Assembly (NCBI GenBank): GCA_000004695.1
Contig: CM000153.2
Span: forward strand, 4,800,001 to 4,864,000
Direction: 5' to 3'
Source: Dictyostelium discoideum
Lineage: Eukaryota
DNA length: 64,000 nucleotides
Below are positions 26,881-41,072 of the stretch, piece by piece (the first letter of the stretch is position 1; every line of letters starts with the position of its first letter). A program made the position numbers and the translations under genes. The notes under the pieces were generated by a model, which saw only the letters and a list, made by a program, of their open reading frames with translations, made no database searches and was not told the DNA's origin.

Positions 26881-28017
26881 GTATAATTTAATAAAATTTA
26901 AAACAAACTAATATCAATTTCTAATAAATATTTAATCACACTTTATTATTAAATTATCATAAAATAATAAAAAAGAATCTGGCCATAAAAAAAATATTAA
27001 TGTAAATTAAAAATTGATAAAATCTAATATTATTTAATAAAAATTGAATATTAATTTGTCATTAAATTATAAAAAATTTATTGATTTACAACAATTAATA
27101 GGAAATAATACTATTGTAATTTCTCATTTTTTAAAACATAAAACTATAGTTTAATATATGATATTATATATTATTAAAAACTTTAATAAAATAATAAAAA
27201 ATAAATAAAAAATATTAAAATATAAGAATTTTTATTTTTTTAAATAATTTTTTCCTTATTTATTATAAAAATTAATCAAAAAATAATATTATTTAGTGAA
27301 TAATAATAATTTAATAATCATTTATTTATAATTTAAATATTAAAAAAATACTAATAATAAAATTTATTAAATATTAATTAATAATTTTAAAATATGTTAA
27401 AAAAAAAGAAATTTTCTATATTACTAATTTTTTAAATAAAAAGAAATAATTAATATTAAAGCTATTTTGATTTAATTATTATTTGAAACTAACTAAATTT
27501 ATTGGACATTGTTGTGCCAAAAAAGCAAAATTATTTTTGTAAATTTTTTTTATTTTTTTTTTTTTATTTTTTTTTTTTTGTATCTTATTTTTATTAATTC
27601 AATTCCTATATTTTTTAAAAATAATAAAAATATATATAAATATTTTTTTTTTTTTAAAATTTATTATTTTTTATATAAAAAAAGATAAATTTTATTAATT
27701 TTATTATTTTATATCCTATTTTTTTGGGATTACATATATTTTAAATAAATATGTTGAATATTATAAAATTTTCCAATTTATAATTTATTTTATTATTTTT
27801 TAAACATCTTATTCTCCAAAAATTAAAATTGATTACTTAAATCACCAGTGATGATTTTCCATAAGATTCAAGATTTTTTTATATATTATATTTTAATAAA
27901 ATATCCTATTTTCTAATAATTATTATAATTATTTTTAAAAAAAAAATAACCCGAATATCTTTTAGTATTAATTAAATTTTAATAAAAAATGCTATTTATT
28001 TTTTTATAATAAGTTTG

Positions 28018-28020
<3 letters not shown>

Positions 28021-28108
<88 letters not shown>
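28021..28108. repeat. (AAT)n microsatellite, about 29 units
   Basis: Perfect aat run. Confidence 0.9.
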
Positions 28109-28109
<1 letters not shown>

Positions 28110-28139
28110 TATAGTTATAATAATAATAAAACATTTACA

Positions 28140-28560
28140 GTTCCATTTTTATTAAACATCAAATCCTGAATTAATTATATTAATCATTTCAAATAGTGAT
28201 TGGCACCTATTCTTTGATTTTAAAAGTTTAATCGATACTGTTATTAATGATAGTATTGTTTGTAATGTTAATTGTAACACAGATTCTCAAACCATTGAAT
28301 TACTTGAAACTATTATTAATTTTTTACATTCAAAATTAAATGATCAAACGAAAACAAACAATTTTATTCAACTTAGGATTGGAACGATTTTATCATATGA
28401 AGCAACGAATACTGTATTTTTAAAAAAGAAATTAATTAATATTTTACAATTATTATTATTCCCAATTATTATTATTCCCAATTATTATTATTCCCAATTA
28501 TTATTATTCCCAATTATTTCCAGAACTTCCAATTTTACCAGCAATAAATTACCAAGAAAA
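28140..28560 (+). pseudogene. Degenerate fragment homologous to residues about 630-760 of the 21852..25148 gene
   Basis: ...IILISNSDWHLFFDFKSLIDTVINDSIVCNVNCNTDSQTIELLETIINFLHSKLNDQ... parallels ...IKLIISKSNWHKLFDFKGLIDTVISDSNVCNISNPNTDSQTIELIETVIDFLHSNKIYQ... of the intact gene. It is interrupted and has a 17-nt cccaattattattatt tandem repeat (4 copies, 28441-28507). Confidence 0.5.
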
Positions 28561-28904
28561 AATAAAATTGAAACAAGATCCCTTTAAGAAGAAAATTAAA
28601 AAATAAAACTATATAAAATAAAAATTATGAATAATAAAACTGATCAACAAAATTCAAATAATTAAAAATTATCTTTTTCAAGTTTAGCAGTTTTCAAACA
28701 ATATATGATTAAGAAATTAAATAATACATTATCATACCAAATAATTGGAAATTAATTAAATGGTAGATTTATATTCCAAAATCTGTAAAAATATATAATA
28801 TATTTATAACCAATCCCAAATTGAAATAGTTTTCAAAAACTATTTAAAAAATAAATAAAATTAACAAGTTATAAAAATAATAATTAATAAATTTTTTTTT
28901 TTAT

Positions 28905-31900
28905 TTAATGTTTGATTAAAGATCTTAAATATTGAGAGTTTTGAGTACCAGTTTCATCAATTAACCAATTGAATAAACTATTTTCATTTTGAGCCAATAT
29001 TGATGGTTTATTAAATTCGACGATTGAACCAGAATCTAAAACCATAATTCTATCACTTTCAACAATGGTGTTTAGTCTATGAGCGATTGTTAAAATGATT
29101 GCATCCTTAAACTTTTCACGAATAATTCTTTGAATTAATTCATCACTTAGAGAATCGACACTTGCTGTTGCTTCGTCGCATACTAAAATTTTAGGTTTCT
29201 TTAATAATGCACGACCAAGACCAATGAGTTGTTTTTGACCTTGTGACCAATTATCATTAACCCTAAGATCTAAACCCTCATCAGCGACCGATACCTTTTT
29301 AACATGTTCATATAACTGAATCTCTTTTAGGACATCCCATAACTCTGAATCTGTATGCTCTGATAAACTATCTAAATTACTTCTGAGAGTACCAGTGAAC
29401 ATTACTGGTTCTTGAGGGATAATAGCCAATTGACTACGTAAATCTTTTAAACCAATCTTTGATATATCAAGGCCATCAATGATAATTCTACCACTTGATA
29501 ACTCTACGATACGAAACAATGCCAACAATAAACTACTCTTACCACTACCTGTTCTACCACAAATTCCAATCTTTTCACCTGCTTTAATTTCAAATGAAAT
29601 ACCTTTCAATACTGCAGGTAAACCTTGACGATAACTCATTACAACATTTTCGAAAATGATGGGTGGAGTATGATTTGAATTTGTAAGTGATGGCCAACCC
29701 ATTGGTGGTCTATTTGATTCAATGATTTGATCGGGTTCCTGTGGTACATTTTCAGTGTAATAGCTAATTCTTTCGATAGAGTTCATTTTAGTTTCTAATT
29801 CTGCCAATTGTTGAGTTGCTTTATTTAAATTGGTTGTAAGACTAAGTGTATAACTAATTGATAAACCTACACTTGCAATTGCAATACTTGAACGATCGAC
29901 CGTAATAAAAATACAACTAAGGAGTGTAATTAAATTACCAAGTACACTTAAACGTAAACCTAACCATTGATTCATTGCTTGTAATGTTAAATAACATTTA
30001 TTATTATCATCCAACAATGCTTGATTCTTTAAAACATTTTCACCCATTTTTCTAAACGCTCTTAAAGTGATCACACCATTCAATGTCTCTGCAAAATGTG
30101 AGAAAATTGGTGATCTAGTAATTGATTCGATTCTTTGAATTTGAATTGAAGTTCTTCTATAAAAGTATTGAATAAAGTAGAATAAAATTATAATTGGTGT
30201 CATTGGTAATAATAACCAAGGTGTTGCTATCGATATGATTACTAAAATCGCTATACAATTGGTTGAAAAATTTAAAAATTGATTTAAAGAATTTGTTAAC
30301 AACATATCCACAATATCGGTATCTCTTGTAAATCTATTTAAAATACGTCCCAATGGTACAGTATCAAAGAACCACATTGGTGCTCTAAGAATTGACCAAA
30401 ATAATCTCTTATGAATTTCTGTTGTTGCTCTAATTGAATATTCAAAGAATACAATTGTACGAACAATAATTAATAAAACTGTAAGTACACCAATTGCAAT
30501 AAATACTCCAAGAAATTCACCTGCATTTTCAATATCACCATCTTCATTTATATTTAAACTACTTAAACTATCAATAATATAACTACTACTACTACTAATA
30601 CTATTACTACTACTACTATTATTATTATTAATACCTGTTGATGTATGTTTTGATGACCAATTACTTAACCACCAATTTGTAAATGTTGAAGTTGAAGTAT
30701 CAATACAATAACCAAGTAGTGCAATTAAAAATAAGAAACCACCACCAGCAGTTACATAATACATATAATGTTTAAAAGATACCGAACCTTCTTCTCTTTC
30801 TTCGATTGTTGTTAATTTACCATCGTAAAGATCATTGTTGTTTTCTTTTGATTTTATCATTTCATCATCAACGATTTCATCACTATCTTTATCACTATCA
30901 CCAGCCATGTGAGCATATTGTTTTAAAAGTTCGCTGAATAAACTACTATTACCATAAGCAGAATTGATTGTTGAAATTATATTTTCAAAGGTATCATATT
31001 GTTCGACTTCACCACCAGTTTTCAATATTAAAGTTTGAGTTGAATATGGACAATAGTTTAACTGATTCGTTGCTAATACTACTATTTTCTCCTTTAGAAT
31101 ACCTTTGATACAATTATAGAAAAGGTGTTTACCAACATGTGCATCGACAGCTGATAAAATATCATCTAAAATATAGATATCTGAATCAGAGTAAACTGCA
31201 CGTGCAATTGCGACACGTTGTTTTTGACCACCAGATAAATTAATACCACGTTCACCAATCTCAATAAGATCACCTTGTGGGAATAATGCAAGATCGGGTA
31301 AAAGTGCACAACAATTCAATACCATTTCATATCTCTCCTTATTATACTCTTTACCAAATAGAATATTATCCTTTAACGATGCATTCATAATCCATGCACT
31401 CTGTGAAACATATGCAATACTACCAACCACTCTTAAAGATCCATTATTCTCTAATTCCATCTCACCTAACAATGCTTGACAAAATGATGATTTACCACTA
31501 CCAACTGGTCCGATTACCATTAATAATGATCCTTTTTCTTTAACTTGACAACTTGTATTTTTTAATGAAAATGATACTTGAACTTCTTTTTTTTCATTAT
31601 TACTATTATTGCCACTAGGTGAACTTTTATCATTACTTGGTGTTGTTCTTGGTGGTGGTGGATTAGTTTGAGGTTTAATTGCCCAAGAAAAAGTAGTATT
31701 ATCCATATAAATCCCAATATCAGTTTGTTGTTGTTTTTGTTGATCACAAACATTAACATTAATTTCATTATTTTTATCATCACCTTGATTAATTTCATCC
31801 ATATTTAAAAAATTAACAACACGTTCAATTGAAACCTTAAATTGAATGTAAATATTATAACCATATGGTAAGAAAGTGAATGGAACACGAATAATATTTA

Positions 31901-32072
31901 AATATGCAACAGCTGCAAATATTTTATCCGCTGGTAATTTACTATTAACTAAATAATAAACTGTAAACATAAATATTGAAATAATTGTTGGAATTGATTG
32001 AACAACAACAATTAAACTATATCTAAATCTAACAAATTGTGTTAAAAATTTAATTTCTTCACCACGTTTTGC

Positions 32073-32151
<79 letters not shown>

Positions 32152-33029
32152 TTGAATTAATAGAAATTTCTTTTTTTTTTTTTTTGTGAATAAATAAAAT
32201 TTAAAAATTTAAAAAAAAAAACTTACACATCATTTTTTGAGAGAAATAATCTTCCCATGCATATAATTTAATAGTTTTAATTGCTTGAAACATTTCATTA
32301 ACAACTTTAATACGTTGATCAGTGAAACCAACTAATTTTCTTCTATAGATTGATAATTGTGAACCTCTATTTAAACTGTATGGTAATGATATACCCATAA
32401 CTAATAATGCTACAAATGATGGCCATCCAACACAATCATATAATAATATCATTGAAACTATAATCATAGGTACTGCAAATATTAAAGTATTAACCATTTG
32501 AAATAACTCTAATAATCTTTGTGCATCGTTACTCATTAAATTTACAATTTCACCATTACTTTTTTTTGATCTACTTGAATTTGTTAATTTTAATGATTTT
32601 TTATAAACATATAATACAATTAATGATTTTAACTTTTTATTATTATTATTATTATAATTATTATAAAGAAATTTTTATTATTATTATTATTAGTATTATA
32701 TATAAACAATGAAAATGAATAATATATCTATGTATTAATATACATACTCTATTACCAGTTCTTGAAGTTATCATATTAGATTGATAAAGGAATATCGAAC
32801 CTAACATTGAATTTACAAATAAAATTAACGCATAATAATAACCTAAATTTGGATCAACTGATCCAGGATTCTCTCTATATTGAATTACGAATGAAACAAT
32901 TTTCTTTAAAAATATTGGTCCAATAAATTGACTAATTACATTTAATCCAAAATGAACCCAACTTAATGCAAAATGTTTTCCAAATGATTTAAATGCTGCT
33001 TTCATAAAATTTGGTCTTTTGAAAAAATA

Positions 33030-33074
<45 letters not shown>

Positions 33075-33706
33075 TAATAATAAAAATAAAAATAAAATAT
33101 TAATAATTATTTCTAAAATAAAAAAAATAAAAAATAAAAAATAAAACAAACAAACATAAATTACTTTTTACTATTTTTTAATTCATTTTGCCAATTTTTA
33201 TCCATTATATCAAATAGGTAACTTGATTTATCATAACTTGCTAATTCCCAAATTTCATCCAATTGTAAAATATTTTTGAAACAATATAAAACGAATTTAT
33301 CTGCCCATAAATATGTCATACTCGATAAGAAATTTGCATTCTCTTCTAATGATTTTAATCCTCCAAATCCTTTTTTGGGAAGTGGTAAATCTTTAAACTC
33401 ATTATCATGTCCATATGTAAATGATGATGTTTCATTCTCACCATTTTCTACCTTTTTATCATTTATATCTTCTTCTTCATTTAATATTACATATTTTTTA
33501 TTGTTCTTTTTTTTACTACCTTTATTATTTTCATAATCTAGACTATCATTATTATTATTAATATTATTATTATTATTAATATCATTATTATTATTACCTT
33601 CTAAGTTTATTTCCTCCAATTCAATTAAACTATCTCCTTCACTTTCATTGTTATTGTTGTTATTGTGGATGTCACTATCATCATTCTCCAAATTGTTATA
33701 TTTCAT
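28905..33706 (-). CDS. ABC transporter, ABCC (MRP-like) subfamily, full length; exons 33165..33706, 32748..33015, 32227..32632, 28905..32071
   Basis: ATG at 33706. Donors GTAATT, GTATGT and GTAAGT and acceptors TCAAAAG, AAAAAG and TTATTAG are all phase-consistent with the ORF-track frames. TMD1 motifs align to MRP1 as remembered (...SNGEIVNLMSNDAQR..., ...IKLYAWEDYF...). NBD1 has GPVGSGKSS...LSGGQKQRVAIARAVY...ILDDILSAVD; NBD2 has GRTGSGKSSLLLALFR...LSQGQKQLIGLGRALL...VCDEATASVD. Intron 3 contains an (AAT)n run. Confidence 0.8.
32077..32150. repeat. (AAT)n microsatellite in ABCC intron 3
   Basis: Perfect aat run, about 25 units. Confidence 0.9.
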
Positions 33707-34847
33707 TTTATTAGATTTTATTTTATTTTATTTTATTTTATAATATTATATGTTATATATTATATTATATTATATTATATTATATTATATTATATTATAA
33801 TATATTATATTATATTATTATATGCTATATAGCATATATGTTTTATAATATTATATGTTATATGTTATATTTTATTTTTATTTTATTTTATTTTTATTTT
33901 ATTTTATTTTATTTTATTTTATTTTTTTTTATTTATTTTTTTATTTATTTTTTTTTTTTATTTCTTTATTTATTTTATTTTATTTGTTTAAAATTAATTC
34001 TTTTTTTTTTATTTTTATTTTTTTTGTGTGTGCCTCACACAATGACTTTTTGTATGTCGATTGATGTGAATGATTTGACATGTGTCATGAAAATGAATAA
34101 AAAATTTTAAAAAAAAATCTTTTTTTTAAAAAAAAATATAAAAAAAAAAAAAAAAGTTTATTTTTGCACAATTAATTTCTATGGAAAATTCAAAATTTTC
34201 GACATGTTACTAAATTTGATTGTGGTTACACAAAAAAATTATATTGATGCATCAATCAAAATAATGATAATAAAAAAAAAAAAAAAATTTAAAAAAAAAA
34301 AAAGTTAAAAAAACAGTGTTGAGTAAAAAAAAAAAAAAAAAATGAAAAAATTAAAATAAAAACCAAATATTAATCAATTAAAAAGCAATGTAATAATCTT
34401 TGTTCACAGATTTTTTAAATAATTCAAAATTATTTTTTTTTTTTTTTTTTTTTATACTTAACACTGTTTTTCTATTAAACTGCCAGTTTTCTTTTTTATA
34501 AAAAGAAATTCACTGAAGCTCCATTAAAAAGAAATCAATTGGCATAGCTTCAGAGTTGGCCAAAATTAAAAAAACTAAATAACAAACTAATAAATAATTA
34601 ATAAATTATTTAAAAAAATTTTTAAATAAAAATTATTCACTAAAATCAAATTTATTTTAAAAAATTGTAATAAATACATGTAAATTTTTTTTTTTTTTTT
34701 ATTTCCAAAAAATAAAAAATAAATAAAAATTAGAAAAAAAAAATAAAAAAAATAAAATAAAAATAACCGAAAATGTTACTAAAAAATTTATTAAAAATTA
34801 ATTCTGATGGAGAAAAACTTCAAAATAGAATAAATAAACGTAAAGAG

Positions 34848-34888
<41 letters not shown>

Positions 34889-35532
34889 GTTCATTGAAAA
34901 AAAATAGATATTGATAATTTAAAATTACCAAGCACTAAATAATCAAAATAAAAAAAAATAAAAAAAAATAGGAATGGTGACAAAATAAATAAATAAAAAT
35001 GCAAAAATAATATTAAATTAAAATTAAAATAAAAAAAAAAAACAAAACAACGAAAAAAAAAAAAAACCATCAAAATTAGTCCACTTCGGTTGGAATTAGA
35101 ATAATTGATTTTTTTTTTTTTTTTTGCATATTATCTAAAAAAAATCTAATGGAAAAAAAAAACTTTTGGAACCTTTTCCCACCTATTTTTTAATCTAACG
35201 CAAATTTTTTGCTTTGTTCCGTGTTTAGGTTGATTTTTTTTTTTTTTTTAGTTAACTTTTTTTTTTTTAATATTATATTGCCACCTTGTGGCCAATTGAT
35301 CTAAAACAATCAAAAAAAAAAAAAAAGGTAGAAAGTAAAAAAATGTTTTTTAAATAAAAAAAAAAAAAAAAAAAAAAATTAAAAAATAAAAAAAAAAAAA
35401 AACAAACCAAAACAAAATAAAACAAAACAAAACAAAACAAAACAAGCAAAAAATCAAATAAATAAATTTTCATTTTAATTATTTTATTTTTATTTTAAAA
35501 AATATAAAATAAAATAAAATAAAATAAAAAAA

Positions 35533-38500
35533 ATGAAAAACCAAATAATATTTTATTTTTTGATTTTATTATTTTCAACATTTTATATTTCATTTTCTAA
35601 TTCCCAAACCTTACAAGAATATAATTGTTTAGCCAATATTTTTGCCAAATTTAATTTATCAAATGCTTACCCAAAAAATGCAACTGGTGGACATACAAAT
35701 ATTTGTTCAAGTCCTGGTATTACATGTTCTAGTGGCACTGTTTTGTAAGTTTTATAAAACAAATTTTAAATTATTAATAAAATTGATATTAACAAATTTT
35801 GAATTATTATTTTTTTATTTTTTTTATTTTTATTTTTTTTTTAAATTATAGGGGAATAGAAATTACAGCTAATTTAGAATATCCACCTCCAAATGCGGTT
35901 CTTACACCAAACGATGTATTTTGTTTACCAAATTTATATTCTCTTAAATTTGAAAAAATGAAAGTCAACACAGATTTTATTTTTACAAAGTTTGGCAATG
36001 CAAAGTCATTCACTTTGTACCAAGTGCCTAGAGGTGGAATTGATATTAATATAATTGATAGACCTTTCCCTTCATACGATAACTAGTAATTATTATTATT
36101 AAAAAAAAAAAAACAAAAAAAAAAAACAAAACAATTTTATAGCAAAACTAATATTTTTATTATAAAAAAAAAAAAAAAAAAATTTACAGTTTCATAGCAA
36201 TTGAAGAATTTAATAATACAATTTTATATTCTTCATATTTAAATAATATTAAAAATTTTTATTTTCAATTATCTTTTGTTAGATTTATTATTAACGAAGG
36301 AACCAATTTTACAAATCTTAGTTTACTTTCTTTATGGTCTCTAAATATCCCAGATTTATCATCATACAAATCACTCAATTCAGTAGTTTTAACTTTAAGA
36401 GGAGATTATGATACATCATCAGTAAGCAATTATGCTAACATTAAATCATCAAAAATCCAAATTACATCCCTAGGAGGTCCAGCAGTCCCAAGTATTATTG
36501 AAACTAATCGTATGGTAAGTTCTGTTTCAATTTACTCCCTAAAATTTACTAAACCATCTGGTATAATTGATATGTCAACAGGTTATAATCTAAGAGATCT
36601 TATATTGAATGGTGTTGGTACAGATTTTAATGTGAATGGAGAATTTCCAATTATGTTTTCAAGTACTGTTCTTTCTGTAACAGTTAATGGTGGTCCATGG
36701 AAAACTGTCCCAGCCTTTGCTAATGTTTCAAATGGAGCAATCGCAGTTAGATCTTCAGGTTTAACAGATTTACCAGTTTTTTATACTGGAAATGCAACCA
36801 TTTTAGATTTTTCTAGTAACGCTTTGACAGGCACAATAGATAGATCTTATTGTGACTCTGAATTGATTGTTTCAAATAATAAATTAACAGGAACCATCCC
36901 AACATGTTACACTTGTTATTTTGGGTTTCCAATTACTACATCATACGGATCATGGTCAAAAACAGCATTTTACAATAGATTTAGTGGTAACACATTCACA
37001 AACTATGTATCAAATCCAGGTTGTACAACATTTGCTCCTCAAGTGAGAGCAAATGATAATTTATCAGGTTTCATTATTTCTGGTAATGATATTGGGTGGG
37101 AAGGTACACCTTATAAAATTAATGGTAGTTATTCATGTCCAAACGCTCTTGGTAGAGAAAAAAGAGCGTTTAATTGTGTTATAGCAAACAATATCATAAG
37201 AGGTGTTAGATATGCCAGTATTTTAAACACATGGCATAATACAAATTATACTTTCTCAATTATTAGTAGTCCACCAGATGCAACCTCAGTTTCAATTTCA
37301 ACCAATACTCTTACCATCGATGGTACTTACTTTTCATCTTATCTTGGTCAATCAATTCAAACTGTTAAAGTTGCCACTGTTGGTTGTACCATTAGTTCAA
37401 CCGATTTCTTTAAAATCGTTTGTACCACTGCTTCTTCGATTCCATCTTCTGCCTCGGCTAGTCAATTACTCACAATCGCAACCGCAAATGAAACTAAAAA
37501 ATTCTATATTCAAACTTCAAATGGCTACAAAAATACAAAAGTTTGTCCAAACGATTGTTCCACTAATTCAAGAGGTATTTGTGATTTAAGTACTGGTGCT
37601 TGTGTTTGTAACCAAGGTTTTAGGGGTAGTGATTGTAGTGAAATTCCATGTCCAACCTTTAATTCATTAGAATGTAATGGTAGTCCAAACGTTTGTAATA
37701 CTACAACTGGTGTTTGTCAATGCTCTGGAAGAAACTTTGGTTCTGCCTGTGGTTCTATCCAATGTGTTGTTCCAAGTTGCTCAAATTTCGGTACCTGTGA
37801 CACAACAATTGGTGTTTGTAAATGTGATTCATCTCATCAAGGTGGCGATTGTTCATTACCATTAATCCAATGTCCAACTTTTAATTCACTAGCATGTAAT
37901 GGTGGTTTAAATCAATGTAATAATCAAACTGGTATTTGCTCATGTGATTCATCTCATCAAGGTAAAGATTGTTCATTACCACTAATCCAATGTCCAACTT
38001 TTAATTCATTATCATGTAATGGTGGTTCTAACCAATGTAATAATCAAACTGGTATTTGCTCATGTGATTCATCTCATCAAGGTATTGATTGTTCATTACC
38101 ATTAATCAAATGTCCAACTTTTAATTCATTATCATGTAATGGTGGCTCAAATCAATGTAATAATCAAACTGGTACTTGCTCATGTGATTCATCTCATCAA
38201 GGTATTGATTGTTCATTACCATTAATCCAATGTCCAACTTTTAATTCATTAGCATGTAATGGTGGTTTAAATCAATGTAATAATCAAACTGGTACTTGTT
38301 CATGTGATTCATCTCATCAAGGTAAAGATTGTTCATTACCATTAATCCAATGTCCAACTTTTAATTCATTAGCATGTAATGGTGGTTCAAACTCTTGTAA
38401 TAATCAAACTGGTACTTGCTCATGTGATTCATCTCATCAAGGTATTGATTGTTCATTACCATTAATCCAATGTCCAGCTGTCAATTCTTTACCATGCAAT

Positions 38501-40527
38501 GGTGGTTCAAACTCTTGTAATAATCAAACTGGTACTTGCTCATGTGATTCATCCCTTCAAGGTGGTGATTGTTCATTACCATTAATCCAATGTCCAACTT
38601 TTAATTCATTATCATGTAATGGTGGTTCAAATCAATGTAATAATCAAACTGGTATTTGCTCATGTGACTCATCCCATCAAGGTAGCGATTGTTCATTACC
38701 ATTAATCGAATGTCCAAATGTTAATTCTTTACCATGTAATGGTGGTTCAAACTCTTGTAATAATCAAACTGGTAGTTGCTCTTGTGATTCATCTCACCAA
38801 GGTATTGATTGTTCATTACCATTAATCCAATGTCCAACTTTTAATTCATTACCATGTAATGGTGGTTCAAACTCTTGTGATGATCAAACTGGTACTTGTT
38901 CATGTGATTCATCCCATCAAGGTAACGATTGTTCATTACCATTAATCCAATGTCCAACTGTCAATTCATTATCATGTAATGGTGGTTCCAATCAATGTAA
39001 TAATCAAACTGGTACTTGCTCATGTGATTCATCCCATCAAGGTGGTGATTGTTCATTACCATTAATTGAATGTTTAAATGATTGCAGTGGAAATGGTATT
39101 TGTGATACATACAAAGGAAAATGTCAATGCACTCCAGGTAAATTTATTGGTGAAGATTGTTCAATCATTTATCATTATGTTACATCAGTTAAACCATCAA
39201 CAACCAAAGGTGGATTAGCTTCATTTTATGGTGTTTTTGGTAATGTTCATGATTCATTAACTATTAAAATTGGTGGATTGGATTGTAAAATTGAAATTGA
39301 CCAAGTTTCAGATAATCAAATCGATTGTATTGCACCAGCTGGAACAGGTATTAAATCAATCAATGTAACACAAAATGGAGTAACTTATTTCAAAAATAAC
39401 TATTACCAATATCAATCAATTGAAACAGTTTTACAATGTCCAAAAGATTGTTCAGGAGCAAACAATGGTATTTGTAATACTACAACAGGTCAATGTACAT
39501 GTATTAATGGTTATGGTTCACACGATTGTAGCGAACTTTCAAATAACAACAATAATAATAGTAACGGAGGTGGTAGTGATAGTGATTCAGAACTTCCACC
39601 AACAGTTATCGTTGTTGATCCAGGAAAGACAAATATTACAAATGGAGAAACCAACTTTTTAATTTACATTAAATCAATTTCAGAAATTGATTATGAAGGA
39701 AATATTTTAAAAACTTTCCCACTTAATAATGTTTGGGAAAAAGTTAATTCAACAGATTCAAATACCTATATTTACAAACAAAAATTGGAAAACACAAATT
39801 GTATTGTTGAATCAAAGATTGAAGAAATTACAAATAAAGATGGAAAATTATTTTCATTCGCAGATGTTGATTTTAAAGTTGAAAGTGGTTCAGTTAAATT
39901 CTCAATTTCAGTTAGTAATTATACATATATTAGTAATTTAAATAATCTTCAAATTGAATTAATTTCGGAAACATCACAATTAGCTCAAGATGATAATAAT
40001 TGTAATGAAGTTGATACATCATTAGATACATCAAATTTTAATAGTGAATCAAATTTGAACTATATTAAAATTTCAAAGAATAATAAAGTACTCTCTGGTA
40101 GATTCATTAATAAAGTAGTTTCAGATGGTAAAGTTACTTTCCTCGACTCAATAGCAACAAAATCAACATCAGATTCAATTTCAATTACATTAAATTTACC
40201 ACATTGTACATCTCAATGTTTAGTTGATCCAGGTATGTTTTTTTTTTTTTTTTTTAAATTTCTAAACTAAAACCAAAGTAAAATACTAATTTTTTTATTT
40301 TTATTTTTTATTTTTATTAAAAAATAGATTTTTCTGTTTTACTTTCATCAGATTTCAAATCAAAATGTGGTGAAAAAGATGATAAGAAATCATATGTTAT
40401 TCCAGTAGCAGTTGTCTCATCAGTTGTTGGTGTAGCTTCAATTGGTGCTGCTAGTTTTATTATTTACAAAAAGAAATACATTGAAAATCCATTAAAAAAG
40501 AAATTAAGCAGAGCTTCACAAAATTAA
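35533..40527 (+). CDS. Type I membrane protein with plant-type LRRs, about 13 tenascin-type EGF-like repeats and an IPT/TIG domain; exons 35533..35744, 35852..36085, 36190..40232, 40328..40527
   Basis: ATG at 35533 with signal peptide MKNQIIFYFLILLFSTFYISFSNS. Donors GTAAGT (35745), GTAATT (36086) and GTATGT (40233); acceptors TTATAG, TTTACAG and AAAATAG; phases checked against ORF-track ends. LRR-like segments (DFSSNALTGTID, SNNKLTGTIP) precede an EGF array CPTFNSLxCNGGxNxCNNQTGxCSCDSSHQGxDCSLPLIQ repeated about 13 times. An IPT-like segment (IKIGGLDCKIEIDQVSDNQIDCIAPAGTGIKSINVTQNGV) follows. The last exon encodes a TM helix VIPVAVVSSVVGVASIGAASFIIY and a basic tail ...KKKLSRASQN*. Confidence 0.7.
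37810..39060 (+). repeat. Intragenic tandem array of 108-nt / 36-codon EGF-like repeat units, about 11 near-identical copies at DNA level
   Basis: Recurrent ...gattgttcattaccattaatccaatgtccaacttttaattcattatcatgtaatggtggttcaaatcaatgtaataatcaaactggtacttgctcatgtgattcatctcatcaaggt... with only scattered substitutions. Confidence 0.85.
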
Positions 40528-40733
40528 AACCTTAATAATAATAATAATAATAATAATAATATATAAACAAATAAAAAATTTATAAAATTATTTAATAATT
40601 TTATAAAAAAAATTATTCACTAACAACAAATTTATTTTAATATATTAATAATAATAATAATAATATTTTAATAAATTTTAAAAATTGTATTTTTAAAAAA
40701 AAAAATAATAAAATATATTTATATATTTATTTA

Positions 40734-41072
40734 TTAATTCTCTTGGTGATAATTTATATAATTTAAACAATTTAATACTGTTTTAATTTTATCCATATCT
40801 TCAACTGGTACTTGAATATCAAACTCTTTCTCTATTTTAGCATATAATTCAAATAGTTTCCCATATGGTCTTGTTTCTGCAGTATTGGTAATTAATGTTG
40901 AAAGTTCGATTTTCTCTATTTTTGTACCTAAATATTTTGCTATAATCTTTTTTAATTTTTCTTCATTTTTACTTTTATCCTTTAATAGAAAAAAAAAAAA
41001 AAATTATTAATAATTAAATATATATCAATTATATTATATATAATAAACAATAATAATTACAATTTTGCCCAT
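40734..41072 (-). CDS. Acyl carrier protein-like protein lacking the canonical phosphopantetheine serine; exons 41061..41072 and 40734..40979, about 85 aa
   Basis: 12-nt first exon ATGGGCAAAATT followed by GTAATT; 81-nt intron ending TATTAAAG. Protein MGKI/DKSKNEEKLKKIIAKYLGTKIEKIELSTLITNTAETRPYGKLFELYAKIEKEFDIQVPVEDMDKIKTVLNCLNYINYHQEN*. It parallels bacterial or mitochondrial ACP (EERVKKIIGEQLGVK...[47 protein letters not shown]), but the DSL motif reads AETRPY. Confidence 0.5.

Noticed and set aside
36527-36594. Candidate intron inside the receptor-like gene: a GTAAGT right after ATG at 36512 and a tcaacag acceptor about 67 nt downstream.
   Set aside because: The segment is not AT-rich by Dictyostelium intron standards. 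The frame reads through cleanly (MVSSVSIYSLKFTKPSGIIDMSTGY). The upstream reading frame is open and in phase, so it was kept as continuous exon.
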